DNA from: Candidatus Moraniibacteriota bacterium
GTDB taxonomy: Bacteria > Patescibacteriota > Minisyncoccia > Moranbacterales > UBA2206
DNA: 64,000 nucleotides
Assembly: GCA_003483065.1 (NCBI GenBank)
Contig: DMWY01000008.1
Location: 2,177 to 66,176 of the forward strand
Direction of reading: 5' to 3'
Notes under the pieces: generated by a model
What the model saw: only the letters and a program-made list of their open reading frames with translations
What the model was told of the DNA's origin: nothing
The model's database searches: none
In this document: piece by piece, positions 10,047 through 19,041 of the stretch
Position numbering within the stretch: position 1 is the stretch's first letter
Layout of the letters: the number at the start of each line of letters is the position of its first letter
Position numbers and translations under genes: made by a program

Positions 10047-10173
10047 AAATGATGCTAATCTACGAATACCTGCCTGCCGGCAGGCAGGAATGCTAATCTG
10101 CTAATTGCGAATAATACGAAGTTATCCACAGCCTTGGATTTGACAAAAAAAATAGATGTGCTAAATTAAATTC

Positions 10174-10272
10174 ATGAAAAACATGCAAACTAAAATATCA
10201 TTTATATTGTCTGTGATTATTTTGTTGGTCTTTGAGACCGGCCTTGGTTTGCGTGAAATGAAAAAAGCATAA
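10174..10272 (+). CDS. Small ORF (32 aa, hydrophobic single-helix peptide) inside a promoter-terminator sRNA-like module; may be non-coding
   Basis: TTGACA (10140-10145), 16-nt spacer, TAAATT. ORF MKNMQTKISFILSVIILLVFETGLGLREMKKA. Followed by a stem and T-run at 10300-10329. Paralogous module at 11038-11235. Confidence 0.3.
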   Translation: MKNMQTKISFILSVIILLVFETGLGLREMKKA

Positions 10273-10440
10273 GGAAGAAAATCATTTCAAATAAATCAAG
10301 ACCGATCTCTTCAAAAAGACCGGTTTTTTAGTTCTTTAAAACAAAGCTAGCAGTCAAAACAATGATTTTGCGGGAACTCGAAATTATTGATTTGACTGTT
10401 AGATGAATATTTAATTAATCTCAACGCAACGGAGGTATGC

Positions 10441-10866
10441 ATGAGAATAAATACACAGATATCCATTATCGCTTTAAGGAAAGATGGAAAAATAATAGTC
10501 CCGCCGGGGGATTATAATTTAATAGGTGCTTTTCTAGAGCCTGATATGATAGATGGATTTTTATTTCTGGATCAAGAAATATTTATCGGAAACTTACTAT
10601 TTGATTTGCTAAAAAAAAGTAAATTAATTAAAACATTGGATGAACAGGAGGTAATGATGGGTAAAAAAGGCATCAATAATAAGAGAAGAAAAAAAACGGA
10701 TAACTTGGCACCCATTATTCTCTCGCAGAGAATCCTTGAAGGGGCAAAAGTCGTTGGAATTGCGGGGCTGTTAGGAGGGATGGATATTCATGAGAAATAT
10801 TTCAGTGAAAATATCCGCGGAGTAGTCAATATGGCTGGTAGAATAGGAGGAAAGCCGTTTTTCTAA
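10441..10866 (+). CDS. Hypothetical protein
   Basis: 141-aa ORF downstream of the small-ORF module; no recognisable motif. Confidence 0.4.
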   Translation: MRINTQISIIALRKDGKIIVPPGDYNLIGAFLEPDMIDGFLFLDQEIFIGNLLFDLLKKSKLIKTLDEQEVMMGKKGINNKRRKKTDNLAPIILSQRILEGAKVVGIAGLLGGMDIHEKYFSENIRGVVNMAGRIGGKPFF

Positions 10867-11080
10867 AAAAAATAAAACGAAAGATACCCTCTCAAAAAAA
10901 ATATGGGGAGCATAAGTGCTCACAAGGCGCTTAAGCTTAAGAAGGACTTAACCATAGTCCCTCCCGATAAAACAGGAGAAGGGTGTAACCGCACCTTTCT
11001 CCTGAATCTAAAAAATAAAGTCAGTTTTTTTATATAGTTGACAAAAAAATAGGAAGTTGCTAAGATGAAAAAGTAAAAAT

Positions 11081-11176
11081 ATGTCAAAACAACCTAGTCA
11101 AAAATTTTATAGCTTTTCTTACTTTTATTTCTGGTTTAGCCAGATCGGTTTTGTTTTGCATAAAATGAAAGCATAA
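11081..11176 (+). CDS. Small ORF (31 aa, aromatic/hydrophobic peptide), paralogous module to 10174; may be non-coding
   Basis: TTGACA (11038-11043), 17-nt spacer, TAAGAT. ORF MSKQPSQKFYSFSYFYFWFSQIGFVLHKMKA. Followed by an imperfect hairpin CCGATCTCACGCGAGACCGG and T7 at 11203-11236. Confidence 0.3.
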   Translation: MSKQPSQKFYSFSYFYFWFSQIGFVLHKMKA

Positions 11177-11379
11177 AAGACATATTCATTTTAAACAGAC
11201 CAAAGCCGATCTCACGCGAGACCGGTTTTTTTGTTCTTTAAAACTGTTTTTTGGAGTTTTGATGGTTAAAATAAGAAGTTCATTTTGTCATTGCGAGCAT
11301 ATCGAAGCAATCTAGAATTTTTATTTTAACTATCAACACTAACCAATAAACAAAAAACAAGCAAGAAAGGAGTTGTAAG

Positions 11380-11775
11380 ATGAAAAGCTTAAGTAACCGA
11401 AAAGGTCTTCCTGTTGATTTTTCCACAATGAGTATAAGTGACCTCACTCTCATTATTCAGATTATTGAGGCACTTATATTAAAAGCCGAAAAAAAAGACG
11501 GGAAGCTTGTGGGGAGTGATGAAGACATTGCAAGGATTACTGTCCCACTCAGACGTCTGGCTGAAGTTTTCCATATTGATTATTTCATAAATATCAGGAT
11601 GGAAGTAATTAATAAAACCGTTAATGAAATTAAAAGATCTCTCGGAGCTCTTTCTGCTTTGGAAGCTGATTTCTTTTTACTGATAAAAGAAAAAAATAAA
11701 GATTCCCAAAAAGAAAAAAAGAACCTGCCTGGCCTGAGAGTGGCAACCTCTAGCGGTGTTTACAAAACCGCCTAG
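11380..11775 (+). CDS. Hypothetical protein
   Basis: 131-aa ORF; no recognisable motif. Confidence 0.4.
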   Translation: MKSLSNRKGLPVDFSTMSISDLTLIIQIIEALILKAEKKDGKLVGSDEDIARITVPLRRLAEVFHIDYFINIRMEVINKTVNEIKRSLGALSALEADFFLLIKEKNKDSQKEKKNLPGLRVATSSGVYKTA

Positions 11776-11876
11776 TAAACTCCGAAAAAAGCAATGGTGG
11801 ACGACGCTTCGTCCACCATTGCCCCAAACTATTAAAATTGGTAAACTTTAAATATTACTAAAAATAAATCAAACTT

Positions 11877-12452
11877 ATGTCTCAAAAAATCAAAATCGGC
11901 GTTTCGGGTAATCGAGGAAGTTTTTCGGAAGAAGCCGCTAACTATTATTGCGGAAAAAATAGCATAACTGAATATGAGCTTTCCTATCTAACTAGCGTGG
12001 AAAATGTTCTCTCGGCGCTGGATGAAGGAAAAATTAACAAAGGAGTTTTCCCAATTGAAAATTCCAATGGTGGAATTGTGATTGAAGCGGTCAATGCTAT
12101 GTCAAAACATATTTTCAATATTGAGAAAATGTTTGAAATTGACATTCGAATGAATTTGATGGCGAAAAAAGGCACAAAATTAGAGGATATAAAGAAGATA
12201 ACTTCTCATCAACAAGCCCTTCGGCAATGTCGAATGTATCTCAAGCGAAAGTGGCCAGAAGCAGAACTTTCGGAATATTGCGACACGGCTAGCGCAGCCA
12301 AAGATTTGAGCGAGGGAGTTTTGCCAGAAAATTCGGCGGTTATCGCTCCGAGAATTTGCGCCGAGTTATATAATCTCGATCTATTAGAAGAGAGTATACA
12401 GGATTTGAAGTTTAATTTTACAACTTTTATTGTGGCTGTTAAAGTTAAATAA
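11877..12452 (+). CDS. pheA: Prephenate dehydratase catalytic (PDT) domain protein; no ACT regulatory domain
   Basis: IENSNGGIV and C-terminal FNFTTFIV (TRF-like) motifs of the PDT domain. At 191 aa it is shorter than typical PheA. Confidence 0.7.
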   Translation: MSQKIKIGVSGNRGSFSEEAANYYCGKNSITEYELSYLTSVENVLSALDEGKINKGVFPIENSNGGIVIEAVNAMSKHIFNIEKMFEIDIRMNLMAKKGTKLEDIKKITSHQQALRQCRMYLKRKWPEAELSEYCDTASAAKDLSEGVLPENSAVIAPRICAELYNLDLLEESIQDLKFNFTTFIVAVKVK

Positions 12453-12477
12453 AAGATTAAAAAATTTAATACTTATA

Positions 12478-12626
12478 GGACTTACGCATTTGCTTACGTC
12501 AAGATATGCTTGTCGCAAAAGCAACTATAAAATGCAACAATTCGCCAGTAATTAAAAACTGTTTAGGAAAAATATTTTTCTGGCGACTGCGTTAATATCT
12601 TTTCCGCAATCAAACGCGTAAATCCT
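12478..12626 (+). repeat. MITE-like element copy 2 (149 bp; shares only the termini) immediately upstream of tyrA
   Basis: GGACTTACGCATTT at the left end and AAACGCGTAAATCC at the right end. Interior unrelated to copies 1 and 3. Confidence 0.45.
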
Positions 12627-12639
12627 GAATTATATTTTT

Positions 12640-13665
12640 ATGAAATCAAAGAAGAAAATTTGCATAGTTGGTTTAGGGCGTTTTGGAACGCTCATTGCTT
12701 CAATTTTGAAAAAAGATTTTGAAGTTTCTGTGATGGTCAGTGACGCAAAAAAATATTTTGAAAAAGCAGAAAAGTTAGGAATAAAGATCATAGACAAAGA
12801 AGATTTGAAAATTTTTGATATCGTTATTCTTTGCCCACCAATTTCAAAAACTGAGCAAATAATCAAAGAAATCGGACCATTTCTAAAGGAAAAATCATTG
12901 CTGGTTGATACTTGTTCGGTAAAAACTTTGCCTTGCCAGTGGATGAAAAAACATGCGCCAAAAAATGTTGAAATTTTAGGAACTCATCCAATGTTTGGGC
13001 CGGTGACGACAAAATTTAATCTTGAAAAACAAACCTGGAAACTAGATGGGCTTCAAATTGTTCTTTGCCCCTTGAGAATAAATCAAAAAAAATTAGAAAA
13101 GATAAGGAAATTTTTGAAAAAACTAAAACTAAAAGTAATTGAAACGACCCCGCAGGAGCATGATCGGCAAAACGCCAAAACTTTGGCTCTAGTTCATTTC
13201 CTAGGCCGAGCCTTAGTAACCTCGGGTGTTAAGGAGCAAGAAATTTTCACTCCCGGATACGCTGATCTTTTGAAAATTATCCCTCACACTGCTAGCGACA
13301 ATTGGCAATTGTTTTTTGACATGAATAATTTCAATCCATTTTCCGAGAAGATTAGAAAAGATTTTTTGAGAAGTTGTCATAATTTGGATTTCAAGATTGC
13401 ATTTTCAAAAGGAAAGGATGATTTGGAGTCATCTAGAAATATAATTGATTCAGTTGATGAGAAGGTATTTGAGCTTCTTAAGATTCGTTTTGGAGAAGTT
13501 AGAAAAATTGGGAAAACAAAAAAGAAAATCGGAAAAAATGTTCGAGACACAAAAAGAGAAGAGAGAATTATTGAAAATAAAGTTAGAAAATTTAAAATGG
13601 ATAAAGAATTGGTAGAAAATATCTACAAGGCTATTTTTAATCATTCATATAAAATTCAAAAATGA
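12640..13665 (+). CDS. tyrA: Prephenate/arogenate dehydrogenase (TyrA) with a C-terminal chorismate-mutase-like helical segment
   Basis: N-terminal Rossmann motif KICIVGLGRFG. C-terminal about 80 aa (VDEKVFELLKIRFGEVRKIGKTKK...ERIIENKVRKF...LVENIYKAIF) resembles AroQ chorismate-mutase helices. Confidence 0.7.
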   Translation: MKSKKKICIVGLGRFGTLIASILKKDFEVSVMVSDAKKYFEKAEKLGIKIIDKEDLKIFDIVILCPPISKTEQIIKEIGPFLKEKSLLVDTCSVKTLPCQWMKKHAPKNVEILGTHPMFGPVTTKFNLEKQTWKLDGLQIVLCPLRINQKKLEKIRKFLKKLKLKVIETTPQEHDRQNAKTLALVHFLGRALVTSGVKEQEIFTPGYADLLKIIPHTASDNWQLFFDMNNFNPFSEKIRKDFLRSCHNLDFKIAFSKGKDDLESSRNIIDSVDEKVFELLKIRFGEVRKIGKTKKKIGKNVRDTKREERIIENKVRKFKMDKELVENIYKAIFNHSYKIQK

Positions 13666-14765
13666 TACTCTCAAAAAGAATTCAAAAAATTGAAAGCTCG
13701 GGCATCCGGAAGGTTTTTGATTTAGCTGCCAAAAATAAAGGAAAATATGTGAATTTTTCTATTGGTCAACCACATTTTGATGCGCCGAAAAAACTCAAGA
13801 TTTCAGCGCAAAAAGCTATTTCGGATAATTGCAATTCATATACTCCAACCAAAGGAATTTTGAAACTGCGAGAGGAAATTTCCAAAAATCTTAGAGAAAC
13901 TAGGAAAATAAAAACTAACCCAGATAATATTATTGTCACTGCCGGAACTTCCGGGGCAATTTTTTTGCTTTTTTCTTCAATTTTTGATCCAGGAGAAGAA
14001 GTGATTTTGCCAGATCCATATTTCGTGATGTATCAGCAAGTGTTGAATTTTTTGGGAGTGAAGATAAAATATTTGGACACCTATCCGGATTTTCATATCA
14101 ATCCAGAAAAATTGGAAAAACTAATCACTCAAAAAACCAAGGCGATAATTCTCAATTCTCCCAACAATCCGACGGGGGCAGTTTATGCCAAAAAAGAAAT
14201 AGAAGTAGTGGTTAGAATTGCCAAGAAAAACAATCTATTGATTGTCTCTGATGAAATTTATGACGCATATGATTATGATCAGAATTTTTTCTCGCCCGCA
14301 TCAATTTATGAAAAAACAATTCTGCTTAGTGGTTTTTCCAAAAGTCATTCCATCACTGGTTGGCGAATTGGCTATGCTTATGGACCAAATGAAATTATCG
14401 AAGCGATGAATAAGTTGCAACAATATACTTTCGTCTGCGCGCCTTCCTTTGCGCAATTTGCAATGCTGGGTAATATTGATTCAATTCCAAAAAACGAAAT
14501 TGCAAATTACAAGAAGAAAAGAGATTTTGTTTATGAAAATCTCAAAGATTTATATGAGCTTAACATTCCTGAAGGCGCTTTCTATGCTTTCATAAAAATT
14601 CCAAAAGATCAGAAAAATTTCATCGAAAAACTTTTGAAAAATAATCTGCTGGTTGTGCCAGGAGAAGTGTTTTCTCAGAAAAAAGGCTATTTCAGAATTT
14701 CTTTTGCCGTGCCGGATGATGAGTTGAAAAAAGGGATAGAAATTCTTAAAAAAGCAATCGCCTAA
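13662..14765 (+). CDS. PLP-dependent class I/II aminotransferase (aromatic/aspartate type)
   Basis: PLP-lysine region SGFSKSHSITGWRIGYAYGP. NSPNNPTG motif. Operon with pheA and tyrA. Confidence 0.85.
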   Translation: MILSKRIQKIESSGIRKVFDLAAKNKGKYVNFSIGQPHFDAPKKLKISAQKAISDNCNSYTPTKGILKLREEISKNLRETRKIKTNPDNIIVTAGTSGAIFLLFSSIFDPGEEVILPDPYFVMYQQVLNFLGVKIKYLDTYPDFHINPEKLEKLITQKTKAIILNSPNNPTGAVYAKKEIEVVVRIAKKNNLLIVSDEIYDAYDYDQNFFSPASIYEKTILLSGFSKSHSITGWRIGYAYGPNEIIEAMNKLQQYTFVCAPSFAQFAMLGNIDSIPKNEIANYKKKRDFVYENLKDLYELNIPEGAFYAFIKIPKDQKNFIEKLLKNNLLVVPGEVFSQKKGYFRISFAVPDDELKKGIEILKKAIA

Positions 14766-14837
14766 TCTTTGTTGAAATTTACACACTTAAAAATATTAAA
14801 CGTTAAAATAAAACCTTCTTGTTGGAGGTTTTATTTT

Positions 14838-14962
14838 TTAAAAATTGTCATTCTGAGCGAAGCTGAAGAATCTACTAAATAATAATTCTAGTAATAATAA
14901 ACAGCAGATCCTTCGACTACATTCTGACGTTAAAACGCCATCACTCCGCTCAGGATGACAAT
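14838..14962. repeat. About 125-bp element bounded by 15-bp inverted repeats (TTGTCATTCTGAGCG / CGCTCAGGATGACAA)
   Basis: Terminal inverted repeats with one mismatch. The left end resembles the motifs at 11284 and 24458 (TGTCAT-hairpin-ATCTA). Confidence 0.45.
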
Positions 14963-14980
14963 TATGGGAGATTGAAATAT

Positions 14981-15027
14981 TTGACAACTTTTGCAAGTAG
15001 TATATGATGTACCTAGGGGGGAGGTAC
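14981..15027 (+). promoter_or_regulatory. Promoter of the csoR-copper operon with a candidate CsoR operator
   Basis: TTGACA (14981-14986), 16 nt, TATGAT (15003-15008), followed directly by the inverted repeat GTACCTAGGGGGGAGGTAC (15009-15027). The GTA-C...G-run...G-TAC shape matches what I recall of CsoR operators from other species. Confidence 0.55.
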
Positions 15028-15093
15028 TTAAAAGTAGAAAGTAGTAAGTATAAAGTAGTAAAAAAGTTTAAATAATAATTAAAAAATAAATCT

Positions 15094-15360
15094 ATGGAAG
15101 AGAATAAAAACACAATAACAGCCTTGAAAAAGGCGCATAGTCATTTGGGTAATGTGATTAAAATGGCGGAAAACAAAGAGTATTGCATTGATATTTTGCA
15201 ACAGAATTTGGCAGTGATTGGACTTTTGAAATCAGCTAACTCCAAAATTTTGGAAGGACATTTGAATAGCTGTTTTCAAAATGCTATGCGGGGGACTAAT
15301 GAAAAAAGAAAAAAAGAAATGATTCATGAAATATTGATGATTAATAAACTTTCAAAATAA
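15094..15360 (+). CDS. csoR: CsoR/RcnR-family metal-sensing transcriptional repressor
   Basis: 88-aa helical protein with the CsoR Cys/His ligand pattern (EYCIDIL ... EGHLNSC), directly upstream of copper-handling genes. Confidence 0.75.
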   Translation: MEENKNTITALKKAHSHLGNVIKMAENKEYCIDILQQNLAVIGLLKSANSKILEGHLNSCFQNAMRGTNEKRKKEMIHEILMINKLSK

Positions 15361-15361
15361 A

Positions 15362-16720
15362 ATGAAAAAGAAAATATACATCAAGGGCATGCATTGTGTA
15401 GCTTGTGAAAAAATTCTGGAGGATGAGCTTATGCATGTCCCTTTCGTGAAAGAAGTGAAGGCCGACAGAAAAAAGGGCGAAGTGGAAATTCGTTATGGTG
15501 ACAAAGAGCCTAACACTCTGGCCATCAAAGAAATAGTGAAAAAAATTGGTTATGAGGCTTTTGAAGAGAAACCAGGGGAAGATAACAGCAGGGAAGAAAA
15601 AACAACTTTTATGCAGTGGCTAAAAGCCATTATAATTGTGGCAATAATCTTAGTTGTATTTAGAATTTTTCAGGATGCTGGGATAGTGGACAACATAAAC
15701 ATCAAGGGCGTGGAAGTCTCGCTCGGAATTTCTTTTCTAGTGGGAATAGTAGCTTCACTCTCATCGTGTCTCATTATCGTTGGGGGAGTGATAATCGCTT
15801 TTGGAGAAAAATATAAAGGCGAAGGAAAAGATTTTTTTTCTCGAGCAGTTAAGCCAAATCTAATATTTCACCTTGGAAGACTTACGACTTTTTTTGTACT
15901 GGGTGGATTCCTAGGACTTTTGGGCGGACAGATAAATATCAGTGGGAATTTTGTCGCTGTTTTTTCGATAGCAATCGCACTTATTATGGGATGGCTGGGA
16001 CTAAATATCTTGGGTATAGTTCCTTCAATTTCTAATTTAGGTTTAGGATTACCTAAAAGCCTTACTAGACATTGGGATTTCTTGAAAAGTTCGGAGCATA
16101 AGGCCGCTCCATTTTTACTTGGAGTCTCAAGTTTCTTTTTGCCTTGTGGCTTTACTCAAAGCATGCAAATTTTCGCTCTAACTTCGGGTAGTTTTTGGAC
16201 AGGGGGATTGAGTCTGCTTCTTTTTGCCCTAGGTACTGTGCCATCGCTTTTGATTTTAGGTATCACAGCTTCTTGGTCAAGCAGTAGAAAAATGGTGGTG
16301 TTTCAAAAAGTAGCTGGGATATTAGTTGTGTTATTCGCTTTTTTTACTTTGCAATCCGGTTTGGCCTTGAGGGGAGTAACGACAAATGTCATTAGCACTA
16401 ATGATACAAAACAAACAACTCCTTCATCTTCTACTGAGAAAAAAATTGATGATAAAAATGTGCAAATTGTAGAAATGCGTGTGACGAGCTCAGGTTTTCA
16501 ACCAGCCGTGCTTAAAATCAAAAAAGATATTCCGGTTAAGTGGATTGTGAAAGGCGATCAACTTAGCGGTTGTACTAATAAAATAATTGTTCCAAGTCTG
16601 GAAATTTCCAAGGCATTGGTGTCAGGAGATAATATAATAAATTTCACACCTAAAACTACCGGAACGATTCCTTTTAGTTGTTGGATGGGAATGGTGAAAG
16701 GAAAGTTTATCGTTGAATAA
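15362..16720 (+). CDS. Fusion protein: N-terminal HMA metal-binding domain, polytopic membrane domain and C-terminal cupredoxin-like domain
   Basis: GMHCVAC (MxCxxC) HMA motif. About 8 TM helices (TauE/SafE-like topology). C-terminal beta-rich domain with Cys/Met ligand candidates (SGCTNK...PFSCWMGM). Confidence 0.6.
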   Translation: MKKKIYIKGMHCVACEKILEDELMHVPFVKEVKADRKKGEVEIRYGDKEPNTLAIKEIVKKIGYEAFEEKPGEDNSREEKTTFMQWLKAIIIVAIILVVFRIFQDAGIVDNINIKGVEVSLGISFLVGIVASLSSCLIIVGGVIIAFGEKYKGEGKDFFSRAVKPNLIFHLGRLTTFFVLGGFLGLLGGQINISGNFVAVFSIAIALIMGWLGLNILGIVPSISNLGLGLPKSLTRHWDFLKSSEHKAAPFLLGVSSFFLPCGFTQSMQIFALTSGSFWTGGLSLLLFALGTVPSLLILGITASWSSSRKMVVFQKVAGILVVLFAFFTLQSGLALRGVTTNVISTNDTKQTTPSSSTEKKIDDKNVQIVEMRVTSSGFQPAVLKIKKDIPVKWIVKGDQLSGCTNKIIVPSLEISKALVSGDNIINFTPKTTGTIPFSCWMGMVKGKFIVE

Positions 16721-16761
16721 AAGTATGCGAATAGCGCTGACTCGGGCTATGCCCTCGTCAA

Positions 16762-18963
16762 ATGCGAATGCGCACACGCGAATATAAAATTATGAGTAGA
16801 AAAAAAATAATCCTAAAAATCTCCGGCATGACCTGTGCAAGCTGTGCGCTGAGCAATGAAAAAGAATTGATCAAATCTAAAGGAATAATTTCTGCTTCAG
16901 TTAATTTTGCTTCAAAAAATGCGCAAGTGGAATATGAACCGGAAATCATTGACGAAAGCCAAGTCAAAAAAATCATCAAAGATAATGGCTATAATATTGA
17001 AGAGCATGGCGAGCATCATCATGAGATGGAAAGTATAACTAAAAATTGGAACAGTTTTATATGGTCAGCAGTTTTAAGTGCGCCGTTAATTTTGGAAATG
17101 TTTTATAAGTTTAGATTAGATCGAAATATTTTCAATATTGATTTAGTTATGTGGGCCCATCTTCTCTTAGCGACAATTGTTGTTTTTGTTTTTGGTTGGC
17201 GTTTTCATCGCACAATGCTTCTTAAACTAAAAAAGTTTGAAGCTAATATGGACACCTTAGTTTCAATTGGAACTCTAGTGGCCTATTTTTATAGCTTATG
17301 GGCATTTTTTGTCGGTCAGGATGGTTATTTGGAATCAGCGGTAGCCATTATCACACTGATTCTTCTGGGTAAATATTTTGAAAGTCTAAGCATGGGACGA
17401 GCAGGAGAAGCGATGAGGAAACTCATGGAGTTTGGGGTAAAATATGCTCGGGTGATCGATGCAAAAAACAAAGAAGAAATGATTGAAATTGACAAGGTAA
17501 AAATTGGCGACATACTTCTGGTAAAGCCGAGTGAAAAAATTCCACTCGACGGAGAAATAATTTTGGGTGTTTCTAGTGTGGACGAATCAATGCTCACAGG
17601 TGAATCCTTGCCAGTAGAAAAAAAGATAGGTGCAAAAGTGTATGGTGCGACAATCAATCAGGATGGAGTGATAAGAATTAAGGTGAGTCAGATTGGCGAT
17701 GGTACAGTGCTTGCGCAAATAATCAAGACTGTGGAAGAGGCGCAAATGTCCAAGGCGCCCATTCAAAAATTAGCTGACAAGATATCAGGAATTTTTGTTC
17801 CAATTATCATAATAATAGCTTTCGGAACTTTCTTCCTTTGGAATTTATTTTCGGGTAATCTTTCTCTTTCTATCATCAACGCGGTGGCAGTTTTAGTTAT
17901 CGCGTGTCCGTGCGCTCTTGGACTGGCTACGCCGACGGCCATTATGGTAGGAACAGGACGCGCTTCAAAGAGGGGTATACTTTTCAAAACGGGGGAAAGT
18001 TTTGAAAGAGCCGAGAAAATTTCCACCGTAGTTTTTGACAAAACTGGTACACTCACGCAGGGGAAGCCGGAAGTCAAAAAAATCATAATAAACCCGCAGG
18101 ATAATTTTTCGAGCGAGTCAGTTTTGAAAATTGCCGCGTCTCTTTCGAATAATTCCGAGCATCCAATTTCCAGCGCGATTAACAACTATGCCAAAGATAA
18201 AAATATTATTCTAGCGCATTTGGAAGAAATTAAAGAAGAAAAAGGCAAGGGGATCTCGGCAATTTGCGAGGAGCACAAAACCAAACTTCTCTTGGGGAAT
18301 AAGAAACTACTAGAAGATTATGGCGTGGATTTGGCTTGGGTGGAAAGTATTTTAAATGAAGAAAATCAAACGGGTGGTTCATATCTTTTTGTTGCTCACG
18401 GTGAAAAAGTAATCGGTGCAATTTTAGTGGCAGACAAAGCTAGGGTCGAAGCAAGGAAGGTTATTGAAAAAATCAAGAAAATGAAAATTACCGTGGCGAT
18501 GATAACCGGGGATAATAAAAAAACAGCGGAAATAATTGGGAAGGAATTAGGCATAGAAAAAATAATTGCCGAAGTTTTGCCGGAGGGAAAAGCTAGGGAG
18601 ATAAAAAAACTTCAAGAAAATGGCGAAGGAGTGATTTTTGTGGGAGACGGAATAAATGATGCGCCAAGTCTTGTTCAAGCTAATTTGGGAATCGCGATGG
18701 GGAGCGGTACTGATATTGCCAAAGAAGCCGGGCAAATAATTCTGCTGGAAAACAATTTAGAAAAAGTGGTGGAAGCGATTGAAATTTCCAAAATTACTTT
18801 TCGCACCATCAAGCAAAATTTATTTTGGGCTTTTTTCTATAACATTGTGGCTATTCCGCTAGCTGCTTTCGGATTCTTATCTCCCGCCATCGCCGCCGGC
18901 GCGATGTCGCTTAGCTCAGTGTCGGTCGTGCTAAATAGTCTTCGAATTTATAGGAAAAAGTAG
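16762..18963 (+). CDS. copA: Copper-translocating P1B-type ATPase (CopA-like)
   Basis: HMA motif GMTCASC, CPC motif [18 protein letters not shown] phosphorylation site, GDGINDAP hinge. The true start may be the ATG at 16792 (MSRKK...). Confidence 0.9.
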   Translation: MRMRTREYKIMSRKKIILKISGMTCASCALSNEKELIKSKGIISASVNFASKNAQVEYEPEIIDESQVKKIIKDNGYNIEEHGEHHHEMESITKNWNSFIWSAVLSAPLILEMFYKFRLDRNIFNIDLVMWAHLLLATIVVFVFGWRFHRTMLLKLKKFEANMDTLVSIGTLVAYFYSLWAFFVGQDGYLESAVAIITLILLGKYFESLSMGRAGEAMRKLMEFGVKYARVIDAKNKEEMIEIDKVKIGDILLVKPSEKIPLDGEIILGVSSVDESMLTGESLPVEKKIGAKVYGATINQDGVIRIKVSQIGDGTVLAQIIKTVEEAQMSKAPIQKLADKISGIFVPIIIIIAFGTFFLWNLFSGNLSLSIINAVAVLVIACPCALGLATPTAIMVGTGRASKRGILFKTGESFERAEKISTVVFDKTGTLTQGKPEVKKIIINPQDNFSSESVLKIAASLSNNSEHPISSAINNYAKDKNIILAHLEEIKEEKGKGISAICEEHKTKLLLGNKKLLEDYGVDLAWVESILNEENQTGGSYLFVAHGEKVIGAILVADKARVEARKVIEKIKKMKITVAMITGDNKKTAEIIGKELGIEKIIAEVLPEGKAREIKKLQENGEGVIFVGDGINDAPSLVQANLGIAMGSGTDIAKEAGQIILLENNLEKVVEAIEISKITFRTIKQNLFWAFFYNIVAIPLAAFGFLSPAIAAGAMSLSSVSVVLNSLRIYRKK

Positions 18964-18991
18964 AATATTATAATTTTCATAAATAAAAAAA

Positions 18992-19019
18992 TACTCCAGT
19001 ATTCTAGAATACTGGAGTA
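18992..19019. terminator. Bidirectional terminator between copA (+) and the convergent minus-strand gene
   Basis: TACTCCAGTATTC TAGAATACTGGAGTA is a perfect palindrome flanked by A/T runs. Confidence 0.65.
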
Positions 19020-19041
19020 AAATATTTATAAAAGTTTTTGT

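Noticed and set aside
11804-11833. 12-bp perfect stem (CAATGGTGGACG acgctt CGTCCACCATTG) before pheA, considered as a T-box or attenuator leader
   Set aside because: There is no specifier-loop or T-box consensus and no following T-run. It is most likely a plain terminator or stabiliser hairpin for the upstream gene.
16762-16791. Extended N-terminus of copA ([10 protein letters not shown]...)
   Set aside because: This is probably read-through of intergenic sequence. The HMA domain begins right after the ATG at 16792. It is kept within the reported span but noted as uncertain.
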